Part shown: in pieces, positions 35,289 through 50,300 of the stretch
Layout: each line of letters starts with the position of its first letter
Position numbering within the stretch: position 1 is the first letter of the stretch
DNA from: Squatina squatina
Taxonomy: Eukaryota
DNA: 59,039 nucleotides
Reading direction: 5' to 3'
Assembly: GCA_031763465.1 (NCBI GenBank)
Contig: JARFOE010000115.1
Span: forward strand, 9,825,473-9,884,511
Position numbers and translations under genes: made by a program
The notes under the pieces: model-generated
Databases searched by the model: none
Seen by the model: only the letters and a program-made list of their open reading frames with translations
Told to the model about the DNA's origin: nothing

Positions 35289-35967
35289 AAATAACATTAC
35301 AGTAATTATACACAGCCTTTGGTCTGAAAGATTTTAAGGCAAAATCTGGTATGTCCACATTTTATGTCATACTAGAGCACTTATCCTGATGCAATTTGCA
35401 CCCTTTCCCAAAAGAATTCAAACCCAATTAAACCACAGTTGATTGATATTACTTGTGAATAACTGAACAAAAATAGAGAAAAGGCAAATTAATATTCCAA
35501 ATGCACAATATGCAAAACCTCACATCTCACACATTACGAGCTAGTCAACAAGGTTCCAAAGCACAGAGATCATCAAAGATCTGTAGTAAGACTTATTAAG
35601 TGGGCTACTGATATATATATAAAAATTTATATTCAGTAAGGTGAAATATAAAAAGATTCAAGATTATTGGAGAAAGTGAAAGAAAGGAATTGGTGATGAA
35701 AGGTAACTGTAGGCAGTGTGTTCACAATGAGCAGCTCAACAGAAGCAAGGCACAAAATCTTTACATACAAAAGCTATTCAAAATTAAACAACAGTACAAT
35801 GCAAATGGGACACAAGTGTAGTAAAAATTGAAAAATTAAAAGTGGATCTGTTGTTTTGGGTCATTATTGCCAGTAAGTCTGTTAAAAATCACGATGATTT
35901 TCCTTGCCTCTGTTGCTTTTTTTTCCTGCAATAACAATCCATTTCAGTGGATCTTCTCCCTTCTCCA

Positions 35968-36162
35968 TTAAGATAAAGGCTTAACCAAAAACAATTTCTC
36001 TCCCTGTTCACTTGTGAAAATTGGCGCCTTTTTGTAATGTTCCACTAAATCTTCCATGCTGTCAAACTTACGCTGTCCAATGCAGTAGAGGCCTTGTTTC
36101 AATTGTACCTTGAAGTGTTTGTTTTTATTTTGGGCCTTCAAGGACACCGAGAAGTCATTGGG
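35968..36162 (-). CDS. NCK1: NCK1 last coding exon (SH2 C-terminal half), 195 bp
   Basis: [64 protein letters not shown]. Acceptor at 36163-36164. Not in the ORF track. Confidence 0.96.
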   Translation of the reverse strand, partial: PNDFSVSLKAQNKNKHFKVQLKQGLYCIGQRKFDSMEDLVEHYKKAPIFTSEQGEKLFLVKPLS

Positions 36163-36868
36163 CTGTGAAAGAAGAAGTGAAAATCAAGTTTGATTAAGTT
36201 TCTTTTCAAAAATGCACAGTCTGAATGCAGACACCAACCTTGTTTTACACAATGCAAACACACACTCTCAATCATCATTGAGTATCACTGGGCAGTAACC
36301 AGGAGAAGATGATTTTCTCACTATTACAGTACTTTGACTTTCTAATCCCACTGCTAGTCACCTACCTTATAAAGACTACGTTTCTCTACCTAGATTGTTA
36401 TGATCAGCAACTGTTTTTGACGAAGGGTCATCGACCTGAAACGTTGACTCTGTTTCTCTCTCCACAGATGCTGCCTGACCTGCTGAGTATTTCCNNNNNN
36501 NNNNNNNNNNNNNNNNNNNNNNNNNNNNNNNNNNNNNNNNNNNNNNNNNNNNNNNNNNNNNNNNNNNNNNNNNNNNNNNNNNNNNNNNNNNNNNNNNNNN
36601 NNNNNNNNNNNNNNNNNNNNNNNNNNNNNNNNNNNNNNNNNNNNNNNNNNNNNNNNNNNNNNNNNNNNNNNNNNNNNNNNNNNNNNNNNNNNNNNNNNNN
36701 NNNNNNNNNNNNNNNNNNNNNNNNNNNNNNNNNNNNNNNNNNNNNNNNNNNNNNNNNNNNNNNCTAAACATATCATTGCCATAGCTCCTATTAGGTTTAT
36801 TGGAATACTGTGAGAAATTACTTGGAAACGGAAAATCAGAATTCTAAAATAGCTAATCCATTACTTAC

Positions 36869-37581
36869 TGATGACTCGCTGTCTCGAATTATGAAATCGC
36901 CATCAACTCCCCTTTCATTCAGAGCCATTTCTCCTTGGTGCCTTGTAATCTTTCCATAATACCATGGACTACCCGCAAACCTGCCAGTGGTTGCTGCTCC
37001 TATGTAGTCACATCGTGGTGGTGTTGGACCAACACTAATGACTGGTGGTGACGTCTGCACAATATTCACATAGTTCTTGGGTACCAGACCCACTTGGCCA
37101 TCAGCTTTCCTACATTTCCACCATTCTGGATCATTTTCTGGTTTCTCAACAACATCCATCACTTCACCCTTCTCGAAATTAAGCTCCTCTTCATTTGAAG
37201 AACTGAACGGGTACAAAGCCTGCACAACGTGCAGTACTTTGACATTGTGTGCGTTGATCACAACTGCTAGTCTCTCTGTTAATGAGCCCACAGGATCCAC
37301 TGTGGTGCCCTCGGGTTCCTCCATAACGTAATTTGAAGGGAACCAACCAGTTTGTCCATTATAACTACCCCTCCACCATCCATCGCTGCATTTTTCCATG
37401 ACAGTAACTTTTGTCCCTTTAACCAATGAAAGCTCATCATCTCTCTCTTCCGTGTAGTTGAATTTGACATAAGCAGGAGCATTCAAGTCATACAGACGTT
37501 CCCCATTGTCAGCATAGCCATCGGCATCTGCATTGGATGCAGTGTCTCGAATACTTGGTTTCCGTTTCACTTTTCCAATTC
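36869..37581 (-). CDS. NCK1: NCK1 middle coding exon (second and third SH3, start of SH2), 713 bp
   Basis: [10 protein letters not shown]...[16 protein letters not shown]...WFPSNYV...[21 protein letters not shown]...[10 protein letters not shown]...FIIRDSESS with canonical splice sites. Confidence 0.97.
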
Positions 37582-40500
37582 CTTTCAAAAAAGATAAAAT
37601 ATTATTGCAATAGGTAAGATGACAAAACCTACAAAGCATAAAGCCATGCAAAGTACTTCAAGTAACATTTCAACCATGACTGCAAAGGTATTTTGTGCAC
37701 ACACAGACTGACTGACAGTTTGGCATTGTGATGTTATGCAGGTAATTATTGTACATCAGGGATTGTGTCACTGCTGTCAGGGCTGTACATTTACTGACCC
37801 CAGGATGGCCAGCAGCAGTTGAGAGGGCCCAGAGAAATCGCGTCGTGCAGACTGCCAGTCTCTAAAAAATGGTGCATTTAGCTGAGTGAGATCCACGAAA
37901 ACAATATAAGAGCAGCTTCAGGACTCCTCTTTGAAGAGATTCTCTTGTATAAACATAACATTACTGCAGAATCATTTACAGCACGGGAGACCATTTGGTC
38001 CATTCTTTCTATGCCAGCTCTTTGCTAGAGCAAACCAAAGCTAATCCCACAATCCCACTCTTGCCATAGCCTTATATCTAGCTCTGTTTCATATATTTAT
38101 CCAATTTTCTCTTAAAAAAATGTAATAGCTTCTGCCTCAAACGATATGTCCATATAACTTCTGCACATGGTGCACGAGGTCCCGACAAAAGTGCTTGGAG
38201 CATGTCATTAGCTACATCCTGTCAATCAGACAAATATCCATGTACTCCTACTTGCTGCTTTATCATTTTGCCATTCCTCTATCCATATGCTAAACACAAT
38301 AAGCTAACAGATTCAACCATTGAAAAATATCAATGTTCAAGCTGTCCAGTCAGAAAAACTTATGAAGTGTTACCGGATCTTAAATTACAATAGTCAAATT
38401 CATAAAGTATTTTGTTAGTAAGGAGGATGGAGGGTCTCAGAGGTAATGTAGCCGTGAAGATGTGTATTGGGCAGGGGAAAGTGTCTCATGGGAGTTAAAT
38501 GCCTTTAGGATTTAGGTTATTTGTCCTATTATTGGATAGTGGCCGAACCCAAATAATGCAAGAGATTTTTTTTAAAAGGGAAGAGAAGCAAGGGCCATTA
38601 TTCACCCTTAAATCTCTTCAATCTGTCATTTGTTTATAAACACATCAGAACCTTTATAGAACAACTGTTACACTAAATTCCATGCACTCCATTGTGGCTG
38701 GGGCAGAAAGAGAAATTACCATTTAAAAACCCACTGTCACAGTAAGAATAATGCAGGAAACAGGGGTGTCAATTACTGACCTGTCATCCATATGCATGTA
38801 TTTACTGAAGAGTGGAATCAATACCAGATTCTGACTGCTGTGATGAGTTTCTGGGCATGCCCAACACACTCCCCCACAGACACCAATTACCACAGCCCAA
38901 GTGCATAAAGGCATTGGATTTAAGTGACAGATGTTCCTTGGTTCCCAGTTTACGCCATCCACCTCCCCCCAAAAAACCTTTTTAGTTTCCATGCTTCATT
39001 CTCCTGACAATTAGTTGGGAAAACAGAGGAGAAGGTAAGGATAACTGATGGAATTAGCTGGCAGATTCCAGCTTCTGAAAGGAACAGCTGTCTGTGAGCA
39101 CTGAGAGGAGATACTCATTCAGTGACCTGTCTTTGCTTATACAGTTCAGGATTGAAATGGTTACTCGGTTGGGACAAGAACATCAACTTGCATGTATTTA
39201 GCACCTTAAAAATATAAATGCATCCCAAAGCATTACATAGAAGTGCAATCAGACAAAAAATGGACATCAATAACATTTAAATACCGCCTTGAATATTAAC
39301 AAAATTTGACACTGAGCCATGTGGGAACAAGGGTTGGCACGACTTGGGTATCTTGCTATTATTTCTGTGCTGTCTGTGAGAACAGCACATGCTGGGTTAA
39401 TATTTACAACTGCTTTCTTCTGAGCATGGGTTCTAAATTGGCTAAGAGGATTTGGGGGAAAAGGTAGCTTCAGGGAAAAGACAATAGTTGGAGGTGTGAG
39501 AGTTATTCAGCCATATCCAACTGACTCAATTTGATAACTCTGTTTAGGAGGTGGAAGGATTTATTACAGCAGTATAACAATTAGGGCTGTTAAGTGCCTG
39601 GATGTTTGGTTTGTGTTGTTATTCTGTGGCATTTGTCTGTATCTTTGAGGTACCATGATTCATTGATAGTGTGCAGGGAATGCAGTGATCAAAGGTAAAA
39701 GTTAATATAAGAAATGTAAGGAAACACTGTTCAGCAGCTCACACTGGAATTAAGGTGAGTGTATGTCTCNNNNNNNNNNNNNNNNNNNNNNNNNNNNNNN
39801 NNNNNNNNNNNNNNNNNNNNNNNNNNNNNNNNNNNNNNNNNNNNNNNNNNNNNNNNNNNNNNNNNNNNNTCATTCATGCGCTCCTTAAATGTTTGCCATT
39901 GCCTATCCACCGTCAACCCTTTAAGTAACATTCCCCACTTGCTTGAGGTACGAGGAGGCACCCAGCACCAATGTTACCATAACCCAGCAAGGAGTCAATG
40001 CTTTCAGGAGAGAAGGAAGGCAAAATAATTGGCAAGAAATAAACTCAAAAATTGAAGATTAGTTACCAAGCAGGTGCAATGAGTCATTCGCCTATGTAGC
40101 TTCTGTAAGGGTCTAAATTGAATGAGTAAGGGTAAAATTTCCCTCATAACCTGAATGATGAAGGAGGTGCAAAAAATACCAATGTCAAACTATTGTCAGT
40201 GACTCTGATGTCAATACATAGAAAGACAGAAATGTGTTTGCATAGTCGTTAAATTTATTTAATTTCAGCAAGATGTGCCAGACTGGGACACAAGAGGCAT
40301 TTATTGTGCTCTGTGTGTGGGTACTGGATGTTTTCTGAAATTGGAAATTTATGGACGTACAAGTTTCCGATCTTTGTCTCTGCTCAAACAGCACAACAAG
40401 GGAAACAGCATCAGATTTCATAATCTCTATAATACTTGATGGAAAAGTCTTTCTTCTTCTCCCAAAGAATTAAATGGCATACTTTACTCCTCTTAATTTA

Positions 40501-41004
40501 AATGTCTGTATTTGGATCATTGAAAGAAGGCAAATGAAAAATGCAAATAGAGATGACAGCTTTGAAGCAGCAGTTGGTTACTATAATTGGTTCCAGTGTT
40601 CTAACAGGGAAAACAAATTCAGCCAGGATTCTTTCTCCTGATCACTATCCAGTGACTCCTGCTGCAAAAGTGTTTGTTTGTGGACAATGGATGAGGTCAG
40701 GGTTCAACTGTCATGACATCCACATACAAATAGCCTGTTGGCATTCATTGTTTAGGCTCACACATCAAAACTAGCAACTTGAGTGAGCTCTGGAGGGTTA
40801 CTGGTACCTGTCGTACCATGCCCCATTCTTCGTCAAATCATTCGGAAGGGGAGATAAAAGAAAATTGGAAAATAGATATGAGTCTCTTCCATTTTCTGTG
40901 CACAATATTACCTGTAGAAACAGATCCACTTTCTATTGCACTGCCAGGCTCCAGCAATGAAAATGCAAGTGATTTTTTAAAATTAGCTTCCAGCAAGTAA
41001 AATA

Positions 41005-41600
41005 AAGATCCCACGGAACTGATCTCTTCCTACCTCAACTCTGGTTTTTCTCCCCTTGTCCAGTCTCTTCCCACCTACATCCGCGACTCTTCTAATGCCC
41101 TCCGCCACTTTAACTGTTTCCAATTTCCTGGCCCCAACCGTCTCCTTTTCACTATGGACATCCAATTCCTCTACACTTCCATCCTCCACCAGGACAGCCT
41201 GAGGGCGCTCTACTTCTTCCTTGACCAAAAGCCCAACCACTCCCCATCCACCACCACCCTCCTCCTCTTGGCTAAACTTGTTCTCACATTGAACAACCTC
41301 TCTTTTGACTCCACTCACTTCCTCCAAGTTAAAGGTGTTGCTATGGGAAACCGCATGGGTCCTAGCTATGCCTGCCTTTTCATGGGATATGTGGAACATT
41401 CTTGGTTCCAGTCCTACTCGGATCCCCTCCCTCACCTCTTTGTCCAGTACATTGATGACTGTATTGATGTTGTTTCCTGCTCTCGCCCTGAACTAGAACA
41501 TTTTATTCACTTTGTTTCCAATTTCCACCCTTCCCTTACCTTCACATGGTCAATCTCCGACTCTTCCCTTCCTCGACTCAATTTCTGGGGATAGGCTATC
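41005..41600 (+). mobile_element. Penelope-like element, reverse transcriptase fragment
   Basis: MDIQFLYTSI...QVKGVAMGNRMGPSYACLFMGYVE...YIDDCI, the PLE-type RT motifs. A related fragment is at ~43995-44103. Confidence 0.85.
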
Positions 41601-42748
41601 NNNNNNNNNNNNNNNNNNNNNNNNNNNNNNNNNNNNNNNNNNNNNNNNNNNNNNNNNNNNNNNNNNNNNNNNNNNNNNNNNNNNNNNNNNNNNNNNNNNN
41701 AATGGAGGAACAGAGTTGAATCCATGTAGTCATCCCTCATTGAAACACTTCTCCACAGATTCTTAAACTGCCCATACCATTTTCCCATGCTGCCAAAATC
41801 AACAGGGACATGAATCAAGGTACAAATATACATTCATTTCACATTGACTACAGATGATTCAGAGTATATTACAATCTAGAAGTTTAGGTGATAAACCAAG
41901 GTTTACAAATAGCTAATAAGATAGCATTGAAACCATATTACTGTCTTTCCAAGATTCATAATTTTATGTTGTTCTCAATATTACTTGTTTTTAAATTTGG
42001 AAAAAAAAAATTATCTGTGCTGGTCCAGAATTACCCATTTGTCTTGCATTTAGAAATAGAGGCTGTTATATATTCTATTAAATTAGTCTAATAGTAAGCA
42101 AACAAAGCATATATAAAGTTCAATCTGCTTTGAGTATTAGAAAAAGTGGTTGCAGAAAAGTAAAGGAGATTGCACAGCTATACATCGCCAAATAGTTAAT
42201 AAATGCTCATCTTAAAGCTCGTTTAAATAATGCACATAAACTACGTTTTATATATACAGCGAGAAAAGAATTGTCTAATTTGCAGCATGTCTGCAGAAAT
42301 CTTTCTTTTAAATAAAGTACTTATTGGGCATCTTGTATCTTAGAATAAGAGGATTTCTATTTTATCTGTATTCTGTTCTGTTGGACCTCAATGTGTGCTA
42401 AGTTTTATTAGAATGATTAAAAAAAAATAGAAAAACAGATGGTTACAAGACCATGACGTTGAGCAGCATAATATTTTTATTGTATACGTTTCCTCCATTA
42501 CCATCCACCCATCTGCCCAATTTTAAAATCATTTAAAATACCCACTGGTGTTTCTATCTTTCAGTGCTGCAATACTTCCCTCATGATTATGGCTGCTAAT
42601 ATTCACAATTTGGTTTCACACTATGACAAGAGTTTTCAATAAAGACATCATTTGTATTTTGGGTTAGAAGAGTTTTAAAAAAATACTAAAATCAAGTAGT
42701 TTTACTGAGTTACAATACTTCAGCATATATTATCAATGACAAACTTAC

Positions 42749-42974
42749 CCAAGGTATCCTTCAGGTTTTTCACAATAGAAGCTTTCCTGGCACTGTTCTT
42801 TCTTTCCACATAATTTGAAGGTACAAAGCCAGTTTTGTTTGTGGAGTTTCGAACACGCCACCATGACTTGGAGTCATCCAAGAGCCATAATCGCTCATTC
42901 TTTTTTATGTCCAGCTCTTGCTCCTGCTGGGCCACATAGTCAAACTTGGCAATCACAATCACCTCTTCCGTCAT
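42749..42974 (-). CDS. NCK1: NCK1 first coding exon (first SH3), 226 bp
   Basis: [75 protein letters not shown]|G. Exons total 226+713+195 = 1134 nt, giving 377 aa. Adjacent to SLC35G2 on the same strand, as in mammals. Confidence 0.97.
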
Positions 42975-45900
42975 CTTCCCGTGGGTTCAGCACTGTAAGT
43001 TCGAAGAGAAAAGAATTATTATTTTAACAAAATAGTGCAAAAAAAGTCGCAGAGCACCATGNNNNNNNNNNNNNNNNNNNNNNNNNNNNNNNNNNNNNNN
43101 NNNNNNNNNNNNNNNNNNNNNNNNNNNNNNNNNNNNNNNNNNNNNNNNNNNNNNNNNNNNNCCAAAACGTCACACTCATCACTCGCAACTACCATTGCTA
43201 ATCAAGGTTGTGGAACAAAGAGATTCCAGTAATACAAAAGTAAAGCCACGGTATAACACTGCAAAATATAAATACAACAAAAACTCTTCTCGGGAGCAAT
43301 TTCAAGGCTGTAACCCAATTTCTGGATTCAGAGGATCGTTGCGATCCATAATAGATGCTTGACCAGTTCACTGATGAACTGTTATCAGATTATTGCTTTG
43401 TAATCATTCCCAGGCAGCCATTATTCTCCATTTGTTCCATGTCATGATTGGTAATTTCACTGCTCAATGCTCACGGGAATGTTATTTCACATAGGTGAAG
43501 CCCTGATTTACAGTTCAATTTAAGCATTTCTGAAGGAATTGGTTTCCACTATTCCTGAAATCTCCTTTAAATAAATTCTGGTGTTGAGATGTTTAAGCTT
43601 TTACTGAGTTCCCTCCCCCCTTAATTACCCACCTGCCCGCCTTCTTTTCCTTGCATCTTTATGGCACCGCTTTCATTTACCTGAATATAAGGCTTATTAT
43701 TCAAAACATATAGATTTAAAGGAATGCAAACATTTTATATACTATTCAATGATTAAAACTTCAAAAGTCAGTGAAAATATTAGTTAAGCAAGTGAAATCA
43801 CAAGTTAATTCAAATGGTATGTGTGGATTTATATTTTACCTCAACGAAATCAGTCTGATTTTTAAATAGCGTTCTAGACCTTGGTGTGATGCTGCGAGCA
43901 GGTTCATTTCGGCTCCCTTTCTCGCTTTTCTACTTTATTTTTTAGTCGACGAATTTCAATCCTGCCCTGAAATCCCAACTTTCAATTGATGTTCCCAAAA
44001 GTTCCCAATTCCCCTACACTTCCATCCCCCACCAGGACAGCCTGAGGGCGCTCTGCTTCTTCCTTGAACAGAGACCCAACCTGTCCCCATCCACCACCAC
44101 CCTNNNNNNNNNNNNNNNNNNNNNNNNNNNNNNNNNNNNNNNNNNNNNNNNNNNNNNNNNNNNNNNNNNNNNNNNNNNNNNNNNNNNNNNNNNNNNNNNN
44201 NNNAAAATGTCACTAAAAATAAATTAAGTATGCAGTTTTACGTCACAACCTGTTAAAAGACTATACAGGGTTATAGCTTTTTGTCGCCAATGGGCATAAG
44301 CCATTTCAAGACGAGCAGTGATCTCTTGCTATTACTGTCAGTTCCCAGGACAAGCAGCCATGTCTTGCAACCTTTGGCATTCATAGTGCAACTTATTATA
44401 AAAATCCAGACTTGTGTAGCTGTCAGCTCAAATATGGCTTAGAAAAACTTGGCCTAGGGAGATGGTTGTGTGTACGTACACACACACACCCAGGATAATT
44501 TAACTGACTCAGAGCATGGTAGCTTTTAAGCAATTTTTTTTTAAAACTCAGACTACCAAGTTATAAAGGGCTCACTCAAATCCACGTAACTGAATATCTG
44601 ACCTTTCCTTCCATGAGATATCTGCTTCATAATCATTGCTGATATATTTAAAACCTTTGTCCATCTGGAATGATTCCAAGGTTTTAAATGGAGCACAAGA
44701 ACAGAAATGTATTTCGGGTGAGGGCCGCAGCAAGGATACTGCAATACAAAAATTGCAACAATTTTTTTTTTTTAAATCACCACATTTCTGCAGATGGCTC
44801 CAGCTTCATCTACATGCAGTGGCATAGAAACTGGTCCAAGGCCCCACTGGAAGGTGAAGTAACATGGGTTAATAATAAATCTCTCGCCGAAATAAAAATG
44901 TAATTAGATTTGGGGAATCTTTTCACAAATATTTGGAGNNNNNNNNNNNNNNNNNNNNNNNNNNNNNNNNNNNNNNNNNNNNNNNNNNNNNNNNNNNNNN
45001 NNNNNNNNNNNNNNNNNNNNNNNNNNNNNNNNNNNNNNAAATCCTTTTTATACAATAAACCCCAGCCAACACAGTGAATTAATAAAAATCCAGCTTTGTT
45101 CCTCCTGGAGACAGCATTAGCGCAAGAAATGGACTTTGTCCTCATAACTACAAATCCAAGTGACAGATGGCAGCAAGAGCTTTCTCCGTTACTTGTCGAA
45201 TGATCTTGATCCAGGTGTTTGTTATCATCAGGAGACCACAGGAAAGAAATTGTATACTACTTATTAAAATACATGGATTCAATAAGCACACTTCTACTTT
45301 AACAGATCTTGAAAAGCCTGCCAGCCAGAGGAGGTTCGATCAGTTTGCTTAGATTTGTTCATTTTAATAAACAGACGAAACTAGGAAAGTTAGAAATTAA
45401 TGGCAAAGTTTAAGCCCATTAATATTTACTGGTCCTAATAAAATGCCATCTGTTTGACATAGGATACTATTCTGGATCATATATACTACTAAATAGCTCT
45501 TTTGGCAGAAAACACATTCTTGCACACATCACTTCATCAAGGTTTGGATCAATCTCAAGTGATGTTGATTAAATCTTGAATTCAGTTCTTCCATTCTTGG
45601 AACTACTTTGCAACAAACAGAATTGACCATCATAGCACAATGTTCCTTGCTTATGTGCTTGTTTTACATTTGCTGCCTTTCTACTTATTCTCCTGACAGT
45701 TGCTACGATTAATCCACTTTGCATAGCGCATCTAACTTAACTGATGAAACAGGAAAGAGACAGGGCCACTTTCGAGCGAGAACGAACCCACACGGGAGAG
45801 ACAGAGCGAACATGTTAGAAATCACGGGAGAAAATGAGCCAGAATCAGAGATAGACATGCACAAAGAATACAAAAGCAGCCACTCAAATGAAAGGGGGAG

Positions 45901-47214
45901 GGGAATGGGTAAGCAATATTTCTGCATACTAGTGGGAAGACAGTCAGTGGAAGCTTTTATATGTTACATCACTTAAGAGGTTTTTTGGGGGCGGGGAGGA
46001 AAGAAAGTGAAAAAGGGCCAATTTTGCTTGCATGCAACTCCCAAAGACACATCACAAGAGGAAGAAAAAGGTCAAATGAAATCCAACCTAAAATTAATAG
46101 GTTGGGATCTAAATGCAGTTCTTCCAGTCAGCAGGGGGTCCTGAATAGTGCAAGAGTTATTTTACATCCTAATCCCAAAGAGGCAAATGCAAATATTAGC
46201 TGGCTACTTCACAAACTGTAATCATCCTCATTGCCAACAACTGCTTCAGCCTTTCGGTTACCAAGAAAAGGAAGCCGGATTCAGTCAAACAAATGAAAGG
46301 TCCGTGAATCATGTTCTCTCAGAAATTAAGCTAAACCAATGCCAACTTGAAAGTGGCACAAATTTACTGTCTATCTTCTCATTTCTTAAATCGATGACAG
46401 TTGTCTTGAATGCCTCATCTCTCTATTTCCACCACCAGGAAATTCTTCTAAATTAAGTACTCCATCTCTCTCCCCAACAAGAGTACATTTAGAAGGTCTT
46501 GCATGATGTTATATTTGAAAATTGTCGTTTACTGGTGTGATCCTCAGGCGTGAATTGTTTTCAATTATTTCAGTGACAACGATTTATTTGCTGGCCACAA
46601 TTTCCTGTTATTATTTAAAATACATTACACTAACAAAGCATAGTGGCAGTTGATGCCTCTACTGACAATCAAACTGTACACAAAAGGTTTGAAAACTGAA
46701 TATAAACACTCCTTGCACTATACAGTTTAGTAGAAAAAAATCCTTCATGCCAGTGATCGAATGTCAGGGCTAAAACAATTTATAATCTGTTCAAATTCAC
46801 AACATTATTTACAAAACCTCAATCAGAAGATTAGGTTACTGCCTTCTAATCACCCCACGTATCAATTGTTCCCTTCAAAATATGCAAAACAGATACCAAG
46901 CAATGATTCAAATTAGAAATTCAAATCAGACCTCAATGACACAGAAACCTTGGGATGTCATTCTCATTTACAACGTCCTGCTGAACTCAAGTAGAAACAA
47001 CTAAAACAAAGCTGCATAAAACAAAATATTTGGTAAAGGGACAAAACACATCAAATTTCAAACAGAAAAGCAGGTATGTTTAAGAGGTCATATGAATAGA
47101 AATAATAACAATGACAGCAGAGTCAACTTCATTGAAGGACTCAACTCCAGTTTATTTCTTCATTCAAGTGGTATACATACAATCATAACCAATTGTTGGT
47201 CTGGTGATCTATGT

Positions 47215-47334
47215 CTTGATGACCAGGTTCAAGTCTCATCATGGGACATTGGAACCAGTTCTGGGGGAGGTGGGACCAGTACAAACCGGATGGTCTGCAC
47301 CTGGGCAGGACTGGAACCAATGTCCTGGGGGGAG
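47215..47334 (+). mobile_element. CR1 ORF1 SGNH-esterase fragment
   Basis: GHWNQFWGRWDQYKPDGLHLGRTGTNVLGG contains the DGLHL esterase motif. Confidence 0.75.
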
Positions 47335-50300
47335 NNNNNNNNNNNNNNNNNNNNNNNNNNNNNNNNNNNNNNNNNNNNNNNNNNNNNNNNNNNNNNNNNN
47401 NNNNNNNNNNNNNNNNNNNNNNNNNNNNNNNNNNCAGGCACTTTAGAGCTACTGATTTAGTTGGCAGCAAGTGAAGCCAAAGCATCCCTAGAGGGTTAAA
47501 AAGAAATTAAGTTGTGAATCACTTCAATTTCCCCCACCCACAGAGAAAACTGAAAGTTGACTGATCAGACAGTGCCAACTATCACACCTAAAGCCTCCCC
47601 TCTTGCAGACAGAAATAACTGAATTCTTGGCCAGTGCCCGTCTATCAGCACAGTATCAAATGCTAAAGCTGACAAATGCCCCCTTCCCCCACCCAGCGGT
47701 AAATACAGCGGTGGTGAAAGCACTACTCCAACCTAAATCCTGTTGGACAGAGGGCAACAGAGAAATGAACCAGGGTTCAGCTCTTAATGGAAATCCAGTG
47801 AGCCCTGCTGGAACCTCAACACTGCGCACTGGGTGAGAACAATTGATGTCTTCTGCTCTCTCCTTACTTAACCTCATCCCCAACAACGATTTAACTTGCA
47901 CATTACCCAGACCCAAACAAAGAATAGCCATGTAGTCAAGATACCAGAAGGCTGCCAGCACAATCTTCCAACACCGGCCATGTTTTCAGCAGAAAAGAGA
48001 GAAAATTGGGACTGGGCAGCAGCAAAAACCTGCAGTCAACATCGTTCGCTTCAATAAGTGCAAAAGAAAGTTAAATCGTTTTTAAATTGCAGCACCATTT
48101 AATTAGAATCAGATCTCTTTTAAAGACTGTCATCCTACTCAGAGACTCAAATTGTTAACAGGACATGTGGCACAGTCAAGCCTGATGGCATTACAATAGC
48201 AGCTTTTACATTATCTGCTTGACTGCTTCCGGCTGCTTTCCTCAAAACTGACCACATATTGTGTGCGCACACAAGACAAAGTGATAACATCTATAAGCTC
48301 AAAGACAAACTCAAGTGTTTCTCACAGCAGTTATATCACTCGACAGAAATACAAGCTACAGTCCTGAATTTACTGAGAAAAGCAGCTGATTGCAGAAAAG
48401 AGCACCATTTTACTTTTTTTTTAAAAAAGTGAACACCATATAGTAAATCAGCTCATGCTTGCAATTCAACATAGTCCGTATAGGATCCAATATTACAGCT
48501 TTTGGTAAACAGTAAAAATTCCCTTCAGGAAGTATGGAGTATTACTTGCCAATTTAAATTAGGTTCTAACAATGTCAGAAACAAGACTATTTTTCTTGCC
48601 TTCCAACAGGTCACATTTACCATCTATTAATTTNNNNNNNNNNNNNNNNNNNNNNNNNNNNNNNNNNNNNNNNNNNNNNNNNNNNNNNNNNNNNNNNNNN
48701 NNNNNNNNNNNNNNNNNNNNNNNNNNNNNNNNNCTTCCCTGGAATTTAGCGGGAGATGTTAGTGGCACCACTTAATTTTTAGAGCCTCCTTCAAAGCCTG
48801 CAAACGAGCGCAATTAGTGGAAACACCCAATTGTGATTAATTCACACTGGAGGTGTGGCCACTTTGTGGCTGGGGCCAGCACCTAGCTTAATGTTTTTAA
48901 GACCAGCGCAAAAGATTGCGGAAACTCGATTTGAGCTGAATGTTATTTGCGCTTAAAATTCCGTAGGTTAGGCTGATTTGGGGCGAATTGTGCTTAAAAA
49001 TCCAACGTAACCAAGCATAAACTCTCCCCCATAATATGTGTAAAGACAGATTATTTGTCTGAAAATACATATTTTCTGTCTTTTAGTTTTGATTGAATTT
49101 AGGTGTATAATTTGTTGTATTTCTGTATGTCCTATTTATATGCACATGTGCTGTATATCTATATTTTCCTCTTTGTAAGTAGTGTTTTCTGTGTTTTCTG
49201 TGTGCAGTTGCTGATATCTGGTATCACAGCTATGGTGGGTTGATAATCAGCACTATTTTTTTCTAGCAGCCAGTTTTGCAAACACTGGCAATTTCCTGAC
49301 TTGAATCAGTGATAAAGCTTACTGATATCTGGTGAGGATATTTTATAACCTAATCTTCCAGAGCTATATTTTTGTACAATTAGGATGAGCCTGCTCTCTC
49401 AAAATGTGACACTGGAAATCTGAAACTGTCTTTAAGCTGCAGCCAGACATATGAATATAGATTCGATTCCCTTCCGACACAGAGGAGCCATGCCTTCAGT
49501 AATGAATTCAAAGTGGTATTCACATAAGTCTCGATGATAACAAATATAGGTACAGTATAAAGATTCCTAGGACATTAAACAAGATTGATTTCAGATTTGT
49601 CACAAATGTATAGCTGTCATTTCCCCCTGAGTGTTCCTCATATGGATAATTATGAAGAAGAAGACTTTTGAAACGCCCTAGCCATATTTATGTTTTACAT
49701 TTTGAAATGATTCCTCACAATATATTTGCTTGTCTTTCATAAATTTTTATCACAGTACATGGTGGCATGGTTGGCTGTTTGTTCGGCAGTTAGCAATTAT
49801 TTTAAAGTCTAAGTTCATCAGTTGAGATAATTTGGGGTTATCAACTGTGACTAATGCTGATCAAACAGGAAACAAAAACTAAAAATCTACTAACATTGCT
49901 CCTCTGTAGGCTTTGTGGGGTAAAGTCCACAGTCACCTATCCTAGGATGTTCCAGATCCCATTCCTGATCTGTGCTTAGTCAGCTGATCTCAACTGGGCA
50001 ACAGTTGGGGAGTAACAGTTGCTCTTAGCACCTCTGGATTAAATAAGGATAGATTGCTGTTCAGTGAACCCCGCCCCGCTGGAAGGTGCGCATTTATGAA
50101 CATCAGGCAATAACAGGACAGACTGTGGTGTGATGTCCTCCGTGGTCGAAGAGCCCGGTAAAGCTCTTTACTGAGGCTGGCACTTGAAGAAAGGCTGCCT
50201 ACTGAGGTATCGCAGGCCCCTGTAAAACTGTACCACGGCAGGAGTCAATGGCTTCAAGGGGGTAGAAAAGAAAATTCGAATCCTTTCTAAGTAATTGGTG

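Noticed and set aside
42749-42974. NCK2 assignment, suggested by the [10 protein letters not shown] start
   Set aside because: [38 protein letters not shown], the 377-aa length and adjacency to SLC35G2 all match NCK1.
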